From a virus (lineage: Duplodnaviria > Caudoviricetes), in IMG/VR virus record IMGVR_UViG_3300034190_001439, positions 1 through 33,145 of that record: a stretch of 33,145 bases of DNA, one strand, 5' to 3'. The position numbers and the translations under genes are program-made. The notes below the pieces were generated by a model that saw only the letters and a program-made list of their open reading frames with translations, did no database searches and had not been told where the DNA came from. The stretch's first letter is position 1, and each line of letters begins with the position of its first letter. Shown here one piece after another: positions 25,208 through 33,145 of the stretch.

Positions 25208-28200
25208 TTAAATTCCAAAGTATTGTAAAGACAAGTAGTCTCCACTAATACCTTTAACATGATTTATTGGTACAGGAATATTTATTTCTAGTCCTGATGT
25301 AGTTGTAATATTAGTACCACTGATTTTAACTTGTCCAGCAATTAGTGTGTTAGTTAATGCGTCGGCGCCGCCGCTACTAATTCTACTTTCTAAATAAGAT
25401 ATAATCGCTGCTTGTGTCGGAACAATATTATTTGAGTTTGCTACAAAAGTGCCGTCTTTACTAAATTCTTTAATAACAACAGCACTGCCGCCGACTGATA
25501 TGCCTCCGAGACTGAGTTCTGACAAACCATTTAATTCAAATAAGTCTGCATTAACTGTTACAATCCCCGAAGCTTGTTCAACAGCAAATAATTCGCCAAC
25601 TCTAAAGTTGCCATCTTGGTCAGTACTTGTGTAGAATACTCTACCTCCACCATTGTCAACTGTTTCGTTAAATGGTTGTCTCGGTGTTTCAGGATCTTCG
25701 CCTTCTAAGTATAATTGAGGATATCTTGTACTAGTTGTGTTACCAACACCAATATCTAGGAAGTCGTGTCCTGTTAGTCTTACTTGACTATATTGTTCAC
25801 GTATAATTAACGTTTCTTCATGATCTGGTGAATTTTGATTCTTAATTGTTGGACTAATGTTAACAGTTAAGTTAAGATTAGGAACAGTTCCGCTTTGCGA
25901 AGTTACCTGTGTTAATCTATAAGTAACATCACCGATGCCATTAATGGATACGTTTGCGCCAGGGCCTGGAACACGAGTAACATTTTTAAGTTTTATTGTT
26001 TTACCTGTCTGAAATATATCTGCAAATCCGTCGCCAGTTATTTGTGATGTTGCAGTAACATAGCCTTCACCTCTGTTAGTAAATACAGGCTGCGCTAATA
26101 CTCCGCTTGCTAATCTTGCTTGAGAATCATTATTAATTGTGTTTTCGTTATCGAAAACAAATACATTAGGTGTTGTAGTATAATTAGAGCCTGGATCATA
26201 AATATTAAATGATTCTAATCTACTGCCACTAACAATTGTTCTAGCAATTGCTCCTGCTCCAGTAGTAATCTTTATTATTGAATTGCCGGCGCTGCCTCCG
26301 GCGCCGTCTCCTCGAGTAAACCATACGCCTCCGGGTGTAATTGTCGAATTCTGAATTCTATGGCCAGCGTCATTTAATGAGTATGCTGTACTATCTTGGG
26401 CAAACCATTTCCAAGCAAATCCGTCTTTTGATTTTGCCATATAATTTGTATTGGATGGGTTTTCCTCTGACCAAGCAATAAACTCTCCAGCTGCATATAT
26501 AATCTTGTTTAAACCAGATGTTGCTGGGAATGTTTCTAAATGTTCATCATCGGAATACCAAGTTACACCATCAAAACTATATCCAGCAGTTGTGTCGCTA
26601 ACTGCTACAAATCTACCATTGCCATACGCAATGTCATTCCACGTAACAGACGTGTCTAATACTTCAGTCTGTATCGTCCAATTCACACCTTCATTTATGC
26701 TTGTCAATGCAGTACCGTTTGTCTGTAACAGTACCCATATACCGTTGCCGTATGCAACACCTGTTATACCAGTACCAATGCCGCCGATTGTATTGTTAGT
26801 AGAACCGTCTGGCGTAAATCTAGTAACTCCAAGAGTGCTTGCTAATATACTAAGACCTGTTGATTGATTTGTTGCTAACCCTGTGTAGCCGTTGTTTGGA
26901 ATTGTAAAATTATTCCATGTTGATGTTGATGTATTATAGTTATAAACTGTAGTACTATTTCGGAAGAACAAATTAGTACCTGAAGATCCAGTAAAGTTGT
27001 TACCTGTCCATGATAAGAGAGTACCAGCTCCTAATGTAGTACTTGCTGTAAACGTTGTTCCGTTAGTACTTATTGCTGTCTCTCCTGAGCTATTTACTAT
27101 TACATAAGTTCCGTTTGAGTATTGAATTGCTGCTGCGTATTTGTTGCCGGCGCCTCCTATTAAAAAATTTGCAGGGAAAGTCGTTAATGTATCATTAGTT
27201 ATTAAAAAATTTGGTTCATCAATAATAACTCTTGGCTCTAAACTATATCTAGTTGTAGAATCTAAAGTTGTTTCAATAGGACGTCCTGGATATAAGTTTT
27301 CCCATCCATTGGTATCGTTGTATTCTTTACTAACAATTGCTATTTTTGTTAATGCATCGTACCCACTAATGTATCCGTATTGGCCTACACCTTTACCGGA
27401 AACAATTACAATTCTCATACCTATATATTTTGCAGGCGTTCCAGTGTCGTCAGATGCAGCTAAAGTTATGCTATAGTTAGTGCCACCTTGTGCATTGTTC
27501 AGCAAGTATTGATAATTTAATCCGCCTGGGATACTAGAATCTGCTGGATCAATTAATCTAATCTGACTTACTGCGTTGTTTCTAAATTCTTCATAAACAG
27601 CAGTTGCATTAATTCCAGGACCGCTAAATGTATTAGTTGCAGTGGTATAAGATTGACCGGCATGTGAATAACCAATTGCTATTAAATTGTTACCGTTTGT
27701 ATGAACTATTTCGGCTTGCGCTTCTAATGTTCTGTTGTCTATTTCACCAGTAATAGTATCTTCTAACGGATTAACACCTTCTGCAACACTTCCGTATGTA
27801 CCATAACTGTTGTTACCATTAGTTGCACGTAAAATTCCGCCATTTTCTGCTAAGTAACCAATATGACAGAAATATGTAAACACAGATACAAGTTCTGAAC
27901 GTCCACCGTTGAGTGCCCAGTATCCAATGCCGTCACTTATTACTTGCGTAAAATCGTTTGCAACAACTGATTTATTGCCGCCGTTATGTAAATTACCGTC
28001 GATTTTCATACCTATACATCCAGTACCGAATGTAGTGACATTTTGTACATAACACGATTTATTAGTAATCCAAACAGAAGTGTCAGTTGGACCATTACCC
28101 GGATCAAGACTTACATATGCGCCAGCTGTCGGACGCCGAGTTAAATATTGATTAGGTGATCCTAATTCTCCTGTTAATCCTTGTAATGTCATATTTCTAA

Positions 28201-30013
28201 TGCCGCTGCCGTTATTAACATAAAACATATCACTTAATTCTAAACCAGCTGCTGGCATTATAACTGTACTTCTTAATTCATCTCCTACAAGTGCACAATT
28301 TCTCGGTACTTTAATTGGCAATAATTCTTCATAAATTCCTGTTTTTATAAAAATAGTAGTATTAACATTATCAGTATCAATATTGTTTGCAATATATTCT
28401 GCTGCGTATTTTACAGTACGAAAAGGAGCATTAATTGTTAGACCTGCACCGGTTACGTCTGCACCATTAACAGACACATAAAATACACTAGGTACTTGTT
28501 CAAAGTTTTCCCATAGTACTGCACCAATATCACTAGTTTTTAATACATTACCTGGAGACCCTATTGCAAACCTTGTTGTTTCAGTATCGTCGTGTGTTCT
28601 TATGTCACCAAAGCTAGTTAGTACATTAGTAGATGTGCCTTGTATTAACACTGTCCAATAATTTTGATCTGGTTGTAAAATATCTAAGTCCGGACGACCA
28701 TCACTTGTACTCGATGTGTGTCGATCTATACAAATATACGCAGTGCCAGCATATGTTACTATATCTCCTAACGAATACTCTGTATTATCTGCCCATTCAG
28801 CTTTCCATTTACGACCAGTAACTAATACTTGCCAAGTATTACTATTTGAATCAGGATTAACTGTAAGATTATCAGTTAATGCAACGTACAAATATCCTTG
28901 GCTTCTTACTACATCACCAGTAGTATACGGAGTTCCACTGTCCCAATCGCCGACATGACGATATCCTTCTACTAGTAATTCCCAGTTTCCAGTATCTTGT
29001 AACAATCCGTTGATACTAGGTGCACTGTTAAGATTGTTGTCTAAAGCAGTATAAGCATATCCGCCATACTTAACAATATCACCTTTATTGTATTCGGTTA
29101 CACTATCCCAAACAGATTCATATTCAAGTCCCGGAATCCACGCAGTCCAAAATCCAGAGTCAATTCTTAAACTAGTTGTTGATGTATGACCTTGACTAGC
29201 TCTCCATAGTGTGCCGCCAGATTTAACAATATCATATTTTTTATAACGTATTCCAGTTGTCCAGTTACCTTTATATTCAATACCTTCTAAAAATAGTTCC
29301 CACTTAGCTTGATCGTTTTCTAAACCTTCAGCTTCTGTTTCTGCACTAGTATGGCCAGTTAAACATCTATAGCTAATAGCACCATATTTTACAATATCGT
29401 CTACAGCATAACGAGTATTAATAGTCCAGTCAGTTCTCCAATTATCACTTCTTGAAACAATTGTCCATTTACTTTGATCATCTTCAAGGCCTAATGCATA
29501 TGAATCTGCTGCAACATGTTTTTCTATACATATATAAGTTATGCCATTATAGATTACAACATCACCTAAATTATAATACTGCGAAACAGCAGGAGTCTCA
29601 CCATCTGCCGGAGTAGACGCTGTCCATGTGTTTAACCAATTATAAGTAGTAGCAACAATAGTCCATTTTTCAATATCTTGTATAGGCCCTTGTGAAAGAA
29701 TAATAGTCGATTCATGTTCTGTTATACATTGATATACATAGCCGTTATATTTAATAATATCGCCGCGATTATAATAAGTTTCGCTTGTCCAGTTGTTTCG
29801 CCATTGATTTCCATCAAACATTAACTCCCAACGAGTATCAGGAACTGCAAGATTTAAATCTGGATAAATTGTAGAACTGTCTGATGAGTGCCCAATTAAA
29901 CATACATACGCCTTGCCTTGATAAAGTACAATGTCATCCTTAATATAAGTAGTCGAGGCTGTCCAGTTACCTTTCCATGTAAATCTTATTCTGTTTAAAT
30001 TAAAATCTGCCAT
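25208..30013 (-). CDS. Large (1601 aa) virion fibre/spike protein, paralogue of 19913-25159, with beta-propeller insert
   Basis: Same start (MADFNLNRIRFTWKG vs MAEFKLGRIRFIWKG), eight CBM-like repeats, GDELRST beta-helix and shared C-terminal motifs. Extra BNR-like repeats (VAYGNGIWV, IAYGNGRFVAV..SFDGVTW, SKDGFAW). Confidence 0.8.
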   Translation of the reverse strand: MADFNLNRIRFTWKGNWTASTTYIKDDIVLYQGKAYVCLIGHSSDSSTIYPDLNLAVPDTRWELMFDGNQWRNNWTSETYYNRGDIIKYNGYVYQCITEHESTIILSQGPIQDIEKWTIVATTYNWLNTWTASTPADGETPAVSQYYNLGDVVIYNGITYICIEKHVAADSYALGLEDDQSKWTIVSRSDNWRTDWTINTRYAVDDIVKYGAISYRCLTGHTSAETEAEGLENDQAKWELFLEGIEYKGNWTTGIRYKKYDIVKSGGTLWRASQGHTSTTSLRIDSGFWTAWIPGLEYESVWDSVTEYNKGDIVKYGGYAYTALDNNLNSAPSINGLLQDTGNWELLVEGYRHVGDWDSGTPYTTGDVVRSQGYLYVALTDNLTVNPDSNSNTWQVLVTGRKWKAEWADNTEYSLGDIVTYAGTAYICIDRHTSSTSDGRPDLDILQPDQNYWTVLIQGTSTNVLTSFGDIRTHDDTETTRFAIGSPGNVLKTSDIGAVLWENFEQVPSVFYVSVNGADVTGAGLTINAPFRTVKYAAEYIANNIDTDNVNTTIFIKTGIYEELLPIKVPRNCALVGDELRSTVIMPAAGLELSDMFYVNNGSGIRNMTLQGLTGELGSPNQYLTRRPTAGAYVSLDPGNGPTDTSVWITNKSCYVQNVTTFGTGCIGMKIDGNLHNGGNKSVVANDFTQVISDGIGYWALNGGRSELVSVFTYFCHIGYLAENGGILRATNGNNSYGTYGSVAEGVNPLEDTITGEIDNRTLEAQAEIVHTNGNNLIAIGYSHAGQSYTTATNTFSGPGINATAVYEEFRNNAVSQIRLIDPADSSIPGGLNYQYLLNNAQGGTNYSITLAASDDTGTPAKYIGMRIVIVSGKGVGQYGYISGYDALTKIAIVSKEYNDTNGWENLYPGRPIETTLDSTTRYSLEPRVIIDEPNFLITNDTLTTFPANFLIGGAGNKYAAAIQYSNGTYVIVNSSGETAISTNGTTFTASTTLGAGTLLSWTGNNFTGSSGTNLFFRNSTTVYNYNTSTSTWNNFTIPNNGYTGLATNQSTGLSILASTLGVTRFTPDGSTNNTIGGIGTGITGVAYGNGIWVLLQTNGTALTSINEGVNWTIQTEVLDTSVTWNDIAYGNGRFVAVSDTTAGYSFDGVTWYSDDEHLETFPATSGLNKIIYAAGEFIAWSEENPSNTNYMAKSKDGFAWKWFAQDSTAYSLNDAGHRIQNSTITPGGVWFTRGDGAGGSAGNSIIKITTGAGAIARTIVSGSRLESFNIYDPGSNYTTTPNVFVFDNENTINNDSQARLASGVLAQPVFTNRGEGYVTATSQITGDGFADIFQTGKTIKLKNVTRVPGPGANVSINGIGDVTYRLTQVTSQSGTVPNLNLTVNISPTIKNQNSPDHEETLIIREQYSQVRLTGHDFLDIGVGNTTSTRYPQLYLEGEDPETPRQPFNETVDNGGGRVFYTSTDQDGNFRVGELFAVEQASGIVTVNADLFELNGLSELSLGGISVGGSAVVIKEFSKDGTFVANSNNIVPTQAAIISYLESRISSGGADALTNTLIAGQVKISGTNITTTSGLEINIPVPINHVKGISGDYLSLQYFGI
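28650..29980 (-). repeat. Eight ~50-aa Trp/Tyr-rich repeats (CBM5/12-like)
   Basis: KGNWTASTTYIKDDIVLYQGKAYVC through KAEWADNTEYSLGDIVTYAGTAYIC. Boundaries approximate. Confidence 0.85.
29310..29359. repeat. 50-bp near-identical direct repeat, copy 2
   Basis: tgatcgttttctaaaccttcagcttctgtt[t]ctgcactagtatggccagt. Confidence 0.9.
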
Positions 30014-30024
30014 TTATTTCTCTC

Positions 30025-30399
30025 TTATAATCCGTTAGATGATGAGTTTTCATCATATGTATAATTTTGATTTATTCTTACTATTAATTCGCCTTGGCTA
30101 TCAACATAATATTGTATATTTCTATTATCCCAACGGAACTGTTCGTAATTTAAATTTTCATAAACTAGATTGTGATTTACATCTCTGCCTTCATAAAAAT
30201 CTTGCCCTTGCTCAAAGCTTAGATAATTTTGCGCAGGGTCGCCAGGATTATTTATAGTAATACTATCCTCTATTTTTAACTGATCGGCTTTTGAAAGAAA
30301 CAATTCGCCCTCGTCTGTTCTGCGTAGTCCGTAAAAAAATCTATTTTCAACCGCTCCGTTAATATGATCTGGTGTAAATCCTGTGTAATTTGCTGACAT
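30025..30399 (-). CDS. Hypothetical protein (structural module)
   Basis: 124-aa ORF with AGGA RBS, tightly packed in the - strand operon; RFFYGLRRTDEGEL...YEQFRWDNRNIQYYVDSQGELIVRIN. Confidence 0.65.
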   Translation of the reverse strand: MSANYTGFTPDHINGAVENRFFYGLRRTDEGELFLSKADQLKIEDSITINNPGDPAQNYLSFEQGQDFYEGRDVNHNLVYENLNYEQFRWDNRNIQYYVDSQGELIVRINQNYTYDENSSSNGL

Positions 30400-30411
30400 A
30401 ATTTTAATTCC

Positions 30412-30741
30412 TTATACGATATCTACATAACTTATGACTACATCTAATGCTTCGTCTTGATTAGCTACTAAATATAATTCATTCGTAGGAGCAAGTATTA
30501 ATTTTTCACCTGCTGATAATGCGTGTAAACTGCTGTTTGGTGGGACCATAACATCTTTCATAAAATAACCTTCAACACTAGTATCGTCGTGTAGCAACAC
30601 ACTTGCATATACTACAAAGTCTGTTAAATTTGACATGTTAAGACCAATTATAGTTGAACGTGTAGCTGCATCTGTTTCTAGTGCAAGTATAGGAATAGGT
30701 CCCACTTCTTTTACTACCTTATTTTTAAATTGTGTTGCCAT
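30412..30741 (-). CDS. Small virion structural protein (beta-sandwich)
   Basis: MATQFKNK...STIIGLNMSN...VPPNSSL...GEKLIL...LDVVISYVDI; AGGA RBS. Confidence 0.65.
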   Translation of the reverse strand: MATQFKNKVVKEVGPIPILALETDAATRSTIIGLNMSNLTDFVVYASVLLHDDTSVEGYFMKDVMVPPNSSLHALSAGEKLILAPTNELYLVANQDEALDVVISYVDIV

Positions 30742-30745
30742 CTGT

Positions 30746-33145
30746 TTATCCTAATGTTAATACGTATTCAATTGCTAAGTCTTCTGCTGCTGCAAAACTA
30801 ATTGACCCTGTTGCACCTGCAACTGAAACCCAGCTAAATCCGTCCCATATTTCTAAATATCGTTGTTCTGTGTTATAACGCACCATCCCAGTTTCTCTAT
30901 ATGCCGCTGCCGGACGTTCTACGTTTGATCCTACTGGAACAATAAATCCATTTGTTCCTTCAATTTTAAAGTAGCTAGAGCCTTGTTGTTCAAAAGTTAA
31001 TACTCCGTCAACTTCTGTATTAGTTATTGTAGAATCTTTAAACGCAAGATTGTCAATAATAACTGATCCTGTTCCGTTTGCACTCAATGTTAAATCAGTA
31101 TTTGTTGTTTCAGTAGTTATAGAATTACCATCAATACTTATATCATCGACTTCAATTCTTGGAGTAGTTAACTTGTCTGCATCAATAGTAGTAACTACAC
31201 TGTCTTGAATGTAGAATCTAATTACTCCATCGTTTGCGCCAGGAGTAAGTTCTGCTGTGATACGTGTGTCTAAATCTAAATCATAAACACCGTTTAGTGC
31301 AATCCAGTTGCCGTCATAACCTTCATACAATGCTGTATCAGTATTATAACGAATCATACCTGTTGCTGGTGTTGGGCGACTTGCAGTATCACCTTTTGGC
31401 AATTGCAGTGCACTTGATGAATTAATTCTAACTGTGCCGCTGTCTGCATCTAAATTAATGTCGCCGCTTAAACTTTCAATAGTGTTACCGCTTAGACGTA
31501 AATTACCAGTATCAATTTTATCACCGGTAATAGTAGTTTGACTTCCGCCTGTAGTAATTGTAATACCAGCAGATGTATTAATATTAAATGTTGAACTACT
31601 AAAGTCGACAGTGCCGTCTTCTTGATTAACATAAAACAAATCACCAACTCTAAAATCACCTTTGTGATCTACTGAGCTATATCTTATTTGTGCATCATTT
31701 AATTCAACAACTTCATTTGCTTGTATTACAATGTTGTCGTCGTTGTCAATTTCTTTTCCCACGCCAATGTAAGCTAAATTTTGACTGATTAGATACATTA
31801 GTACGCCTGGGCCGTTTCCTACAATACCGTAGTTGCCGTATACACAAGCACTTGCGATAGAACGCACTTCTCCGCCAAACTCTGTTTGATCTGCTAGTGT
31901 ACAGAACGTAGCAGTTGCACCATTACTAAATCTTAAATCTTGTGAATTAAGTGTATCGTCTATAATGGTACTTGCACCATCAACTGCATTGTTAAAATGT
32001 AATAATAGTTTTGTGTCAGTGTCACTTGCAAATTCTGAGGAAGGTGTAACAAAGTTTGCAGTATATCTTGCTAAATCTTTTGTAACTCTAAACTCATCAA
32101 TATATCCATCGAATTTGTTTGCACCGTCCCATCGTGCTCCAATTATAAGTGGCTTTGCAATATCGTAATCTACAGGAGACACAGTCCAAGTTCCTTGACT
32201 TTGCCCGTTTAAGAATAATTTTGTATCGTTACCATTTCGACTGACTGCAATATGATACCATGTATCTGCTACTAATGTTGACCCTGTAATCCTATCTGCA
32301 CTGTATGAATAAAAACGTAATTCGCCTCCAGCATCAATATAAACTAAAGGTGCAACATCTGATCCTGCGCCTGCTCTAAAATCAAATAAGTTCGTTACAG
32401 AAGCTACACTATTAAAGTAAAAGAATCCTTCTACAGTATAATCACCAGTGCCGAATCCAAAGTCATTATTTGATGCAACTCCTAAGTAGTCAGTAGTTCC
32501 ATTAAGCTCTAAACTACTTGCTCCAAACTTTTTAATTGTTGTGTCTGTAGTAGGTGTTCCGTACTTGGTTATGATTTTGCCACCGCGTTCGCCGGCAGTT
32601 TCTAATCCTGTTAAGTTGCCGTCTACGTAAAACTTACCATCTGCATCAACACCATTAATAGTGCCTGTTGCAAGAACAGTAGTTCCATCTGTATCGTAGT
32701 ATGTAAATGTATTTCCGTTTGTAATTGCTCCGCCAGTTAAACCTGTAACTCTAACTGCTGTCTTTCCGCTTCCTCGTAAGCCTGTGACACCATCTACAGC
32801 ATATATACCACGATTAGCAAAGTATGTAAAGCTGTTAAGCCATTCTACTCTAGCGCCGTTAGTAATTCTAATAGCGTCTACGCCGGGTGTAATAAATGTG
32901 GCACTATGGAACAGCATAGTCGCTTCCAAGCTTGTAGCGCCAGCTACAGCGCCGTCTATGTACGCTCCTTTGCCCGCATCGCCTACATCAAATCCTCTAG
33001 GATCTGCACCACTAGTTACACTACCCTGTGTGATAACGCTGATGTTTCTAATGTAAGGTGAACGGTTATTTCCTGATACTGTAAAGCCAGGAGCAAACTT
33101 AAATGCATATCCTGTGTAGAATCCTGAAATAGTTAAATCTTCTAT
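30746..33145 (-). CDS. 5'-truncated large virion fibre protein with LamG/concanavalin A-like domain
   Basis: Frame stays open from 32929 to the window end (IEDLTISGFYTGYAF...RSPYIRNISVITQGS). LamG signature KFGASSL..FGFGTGDYTVE..WYHIAVSR..LFLNG..GYIDEFRVTK.LARYT.NF..TKLLLHF; two LPKG/VPVG..RP..GMIRYNT..EG/EI.DG.W fibre motifs. Confidence 0.8.
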   Translation of the reverse strand: MEDLTISGFYTGYAFKFAPGFTVSGNNRSPYIRNISVITQGSVTSGADPRGFDVGDAGKGAYIDGAVAGATSLEATMLFHSATFITPGVDAIRITNGARVEWLNSFTYFANRGIYAVDGVTGLRGSGKTAVRVTGLTGGAITNGNTFTYYDTDGTTVLATGTINGVDADGKFYVDGNLTGLETAGERGGKIITKYGTPTTDTTIKKFGASSLELNGTTDYLGVASNNDFGFGTGDYTVEGFFYFNSVASVTNLFDFRAGAGSDVAPLVYIDAGGELRFYSYSADRITGSTLVADTWYHIAVSRNGNDTKLFLNGQSQGTWTVSPVDYDIAKPLIIGARWDGANKFDGYIDEFRVTKDLARYTANFVTPSSEFASDTDTKLLLHFNNAVDGASTIIDDTLNSQDLRFSNGATATFCTLADQTEFGGEVRSIASACVYGNYGIVGNGPGVLMYLISQNLAYIGVGKEIDNDDNIVIQANEVVELNDAQIRYSSVDHKGDFRVGDLFYVNQEDGTVDFSSSTFNINTSAGITITTGGSQTTITGDKIDTGNLRLSGNTIESLSGDINLDADSGTVRINSSSALQLPKGDTASRPTPATGMIRYNTDTALYEGYDGNWIALNGVYDLDLDTRITAELTPGANDGVIRFYIQDSVVTTIDADKLTTPRIEVDDISIDGNSITTETTNTDLTLSANGTGSVIIDNLAFKDSTITNTEVDGVLTFEQQGSSYFKIEGTNGFIVPVGSNVERPAAAYRETGMVRYNTEQRYLEIWDGFSWVSVAGATGSISFAAAEDLAIEYVLTLG

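Noticed and set aside
24507-29359. 50-bp repeat pair as a diversity-generating retroelement TR/VR
   Set aside because: Only one mismatch, both copies lie mid-gene in the same frame, the tract is short and no reverse transcriptase is in the window.
261-33056. Numerous 60-138 aa ORFs nested in or antisense to the long genes (e.g. 26451-26867 +, 19708-20031 +, 10681-10989 +, 17017-17328 -)
   Set aside because: They are overlapped by well-supported genes, have no recognisable motifs and look like shadow ORFs of biased codon usage.
1-33145. tRNA, rRNA, CRISPR array, integrase/transposase, intron or intein
   Set aside because: None seen. Intergenic gaps are all under about 65 nt, there are no spaced DNA repeats, and no splicing or homing-endonuclease motifs were noticed.

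Overview
AT-rich fragment of a large T4-like myophage genome, probably an uncultured aquatic phage (inferred from gene content, dense packing and NATAAATA late-promoter-like motifs). The + strand block (1-4317) holds the 3' part of a probable tail-completion (gp15-like) gene, a NUDIX hydrolase and an ADP-heptose biosynthesis operon (hldE, hldD, a cupin, gmhB; no gmhA) behind a perfect sigma70 promoter that probably yields a leaderless mRNA. The - strand block (4314-33145) is a late virion/fibre module. It contains very large fibre-like proteins (LamG domain, CBM-like Trp/Tyr repeats, beta-helix, beta-propeller), small connector proteins and three paralogous Gly/Cys-rich adhesin-like proteins interleaved with two tail-assembly-chaperone paralogues. 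Directly downstream lies a coupled trio of GT9 heptosyltransferase-like, SGNH-like and carbamoyltransferase genes. The main hypothesis is a phage-encoded virion heptosylation system: donor made early, transfer and decoration late. It could be S-linked onto the Cys-rich tip proteins, because the GT9 appears to carry Arg where the catalytic Asp normally sits. All assignments come from motif recognition by eye; no database searches were run.
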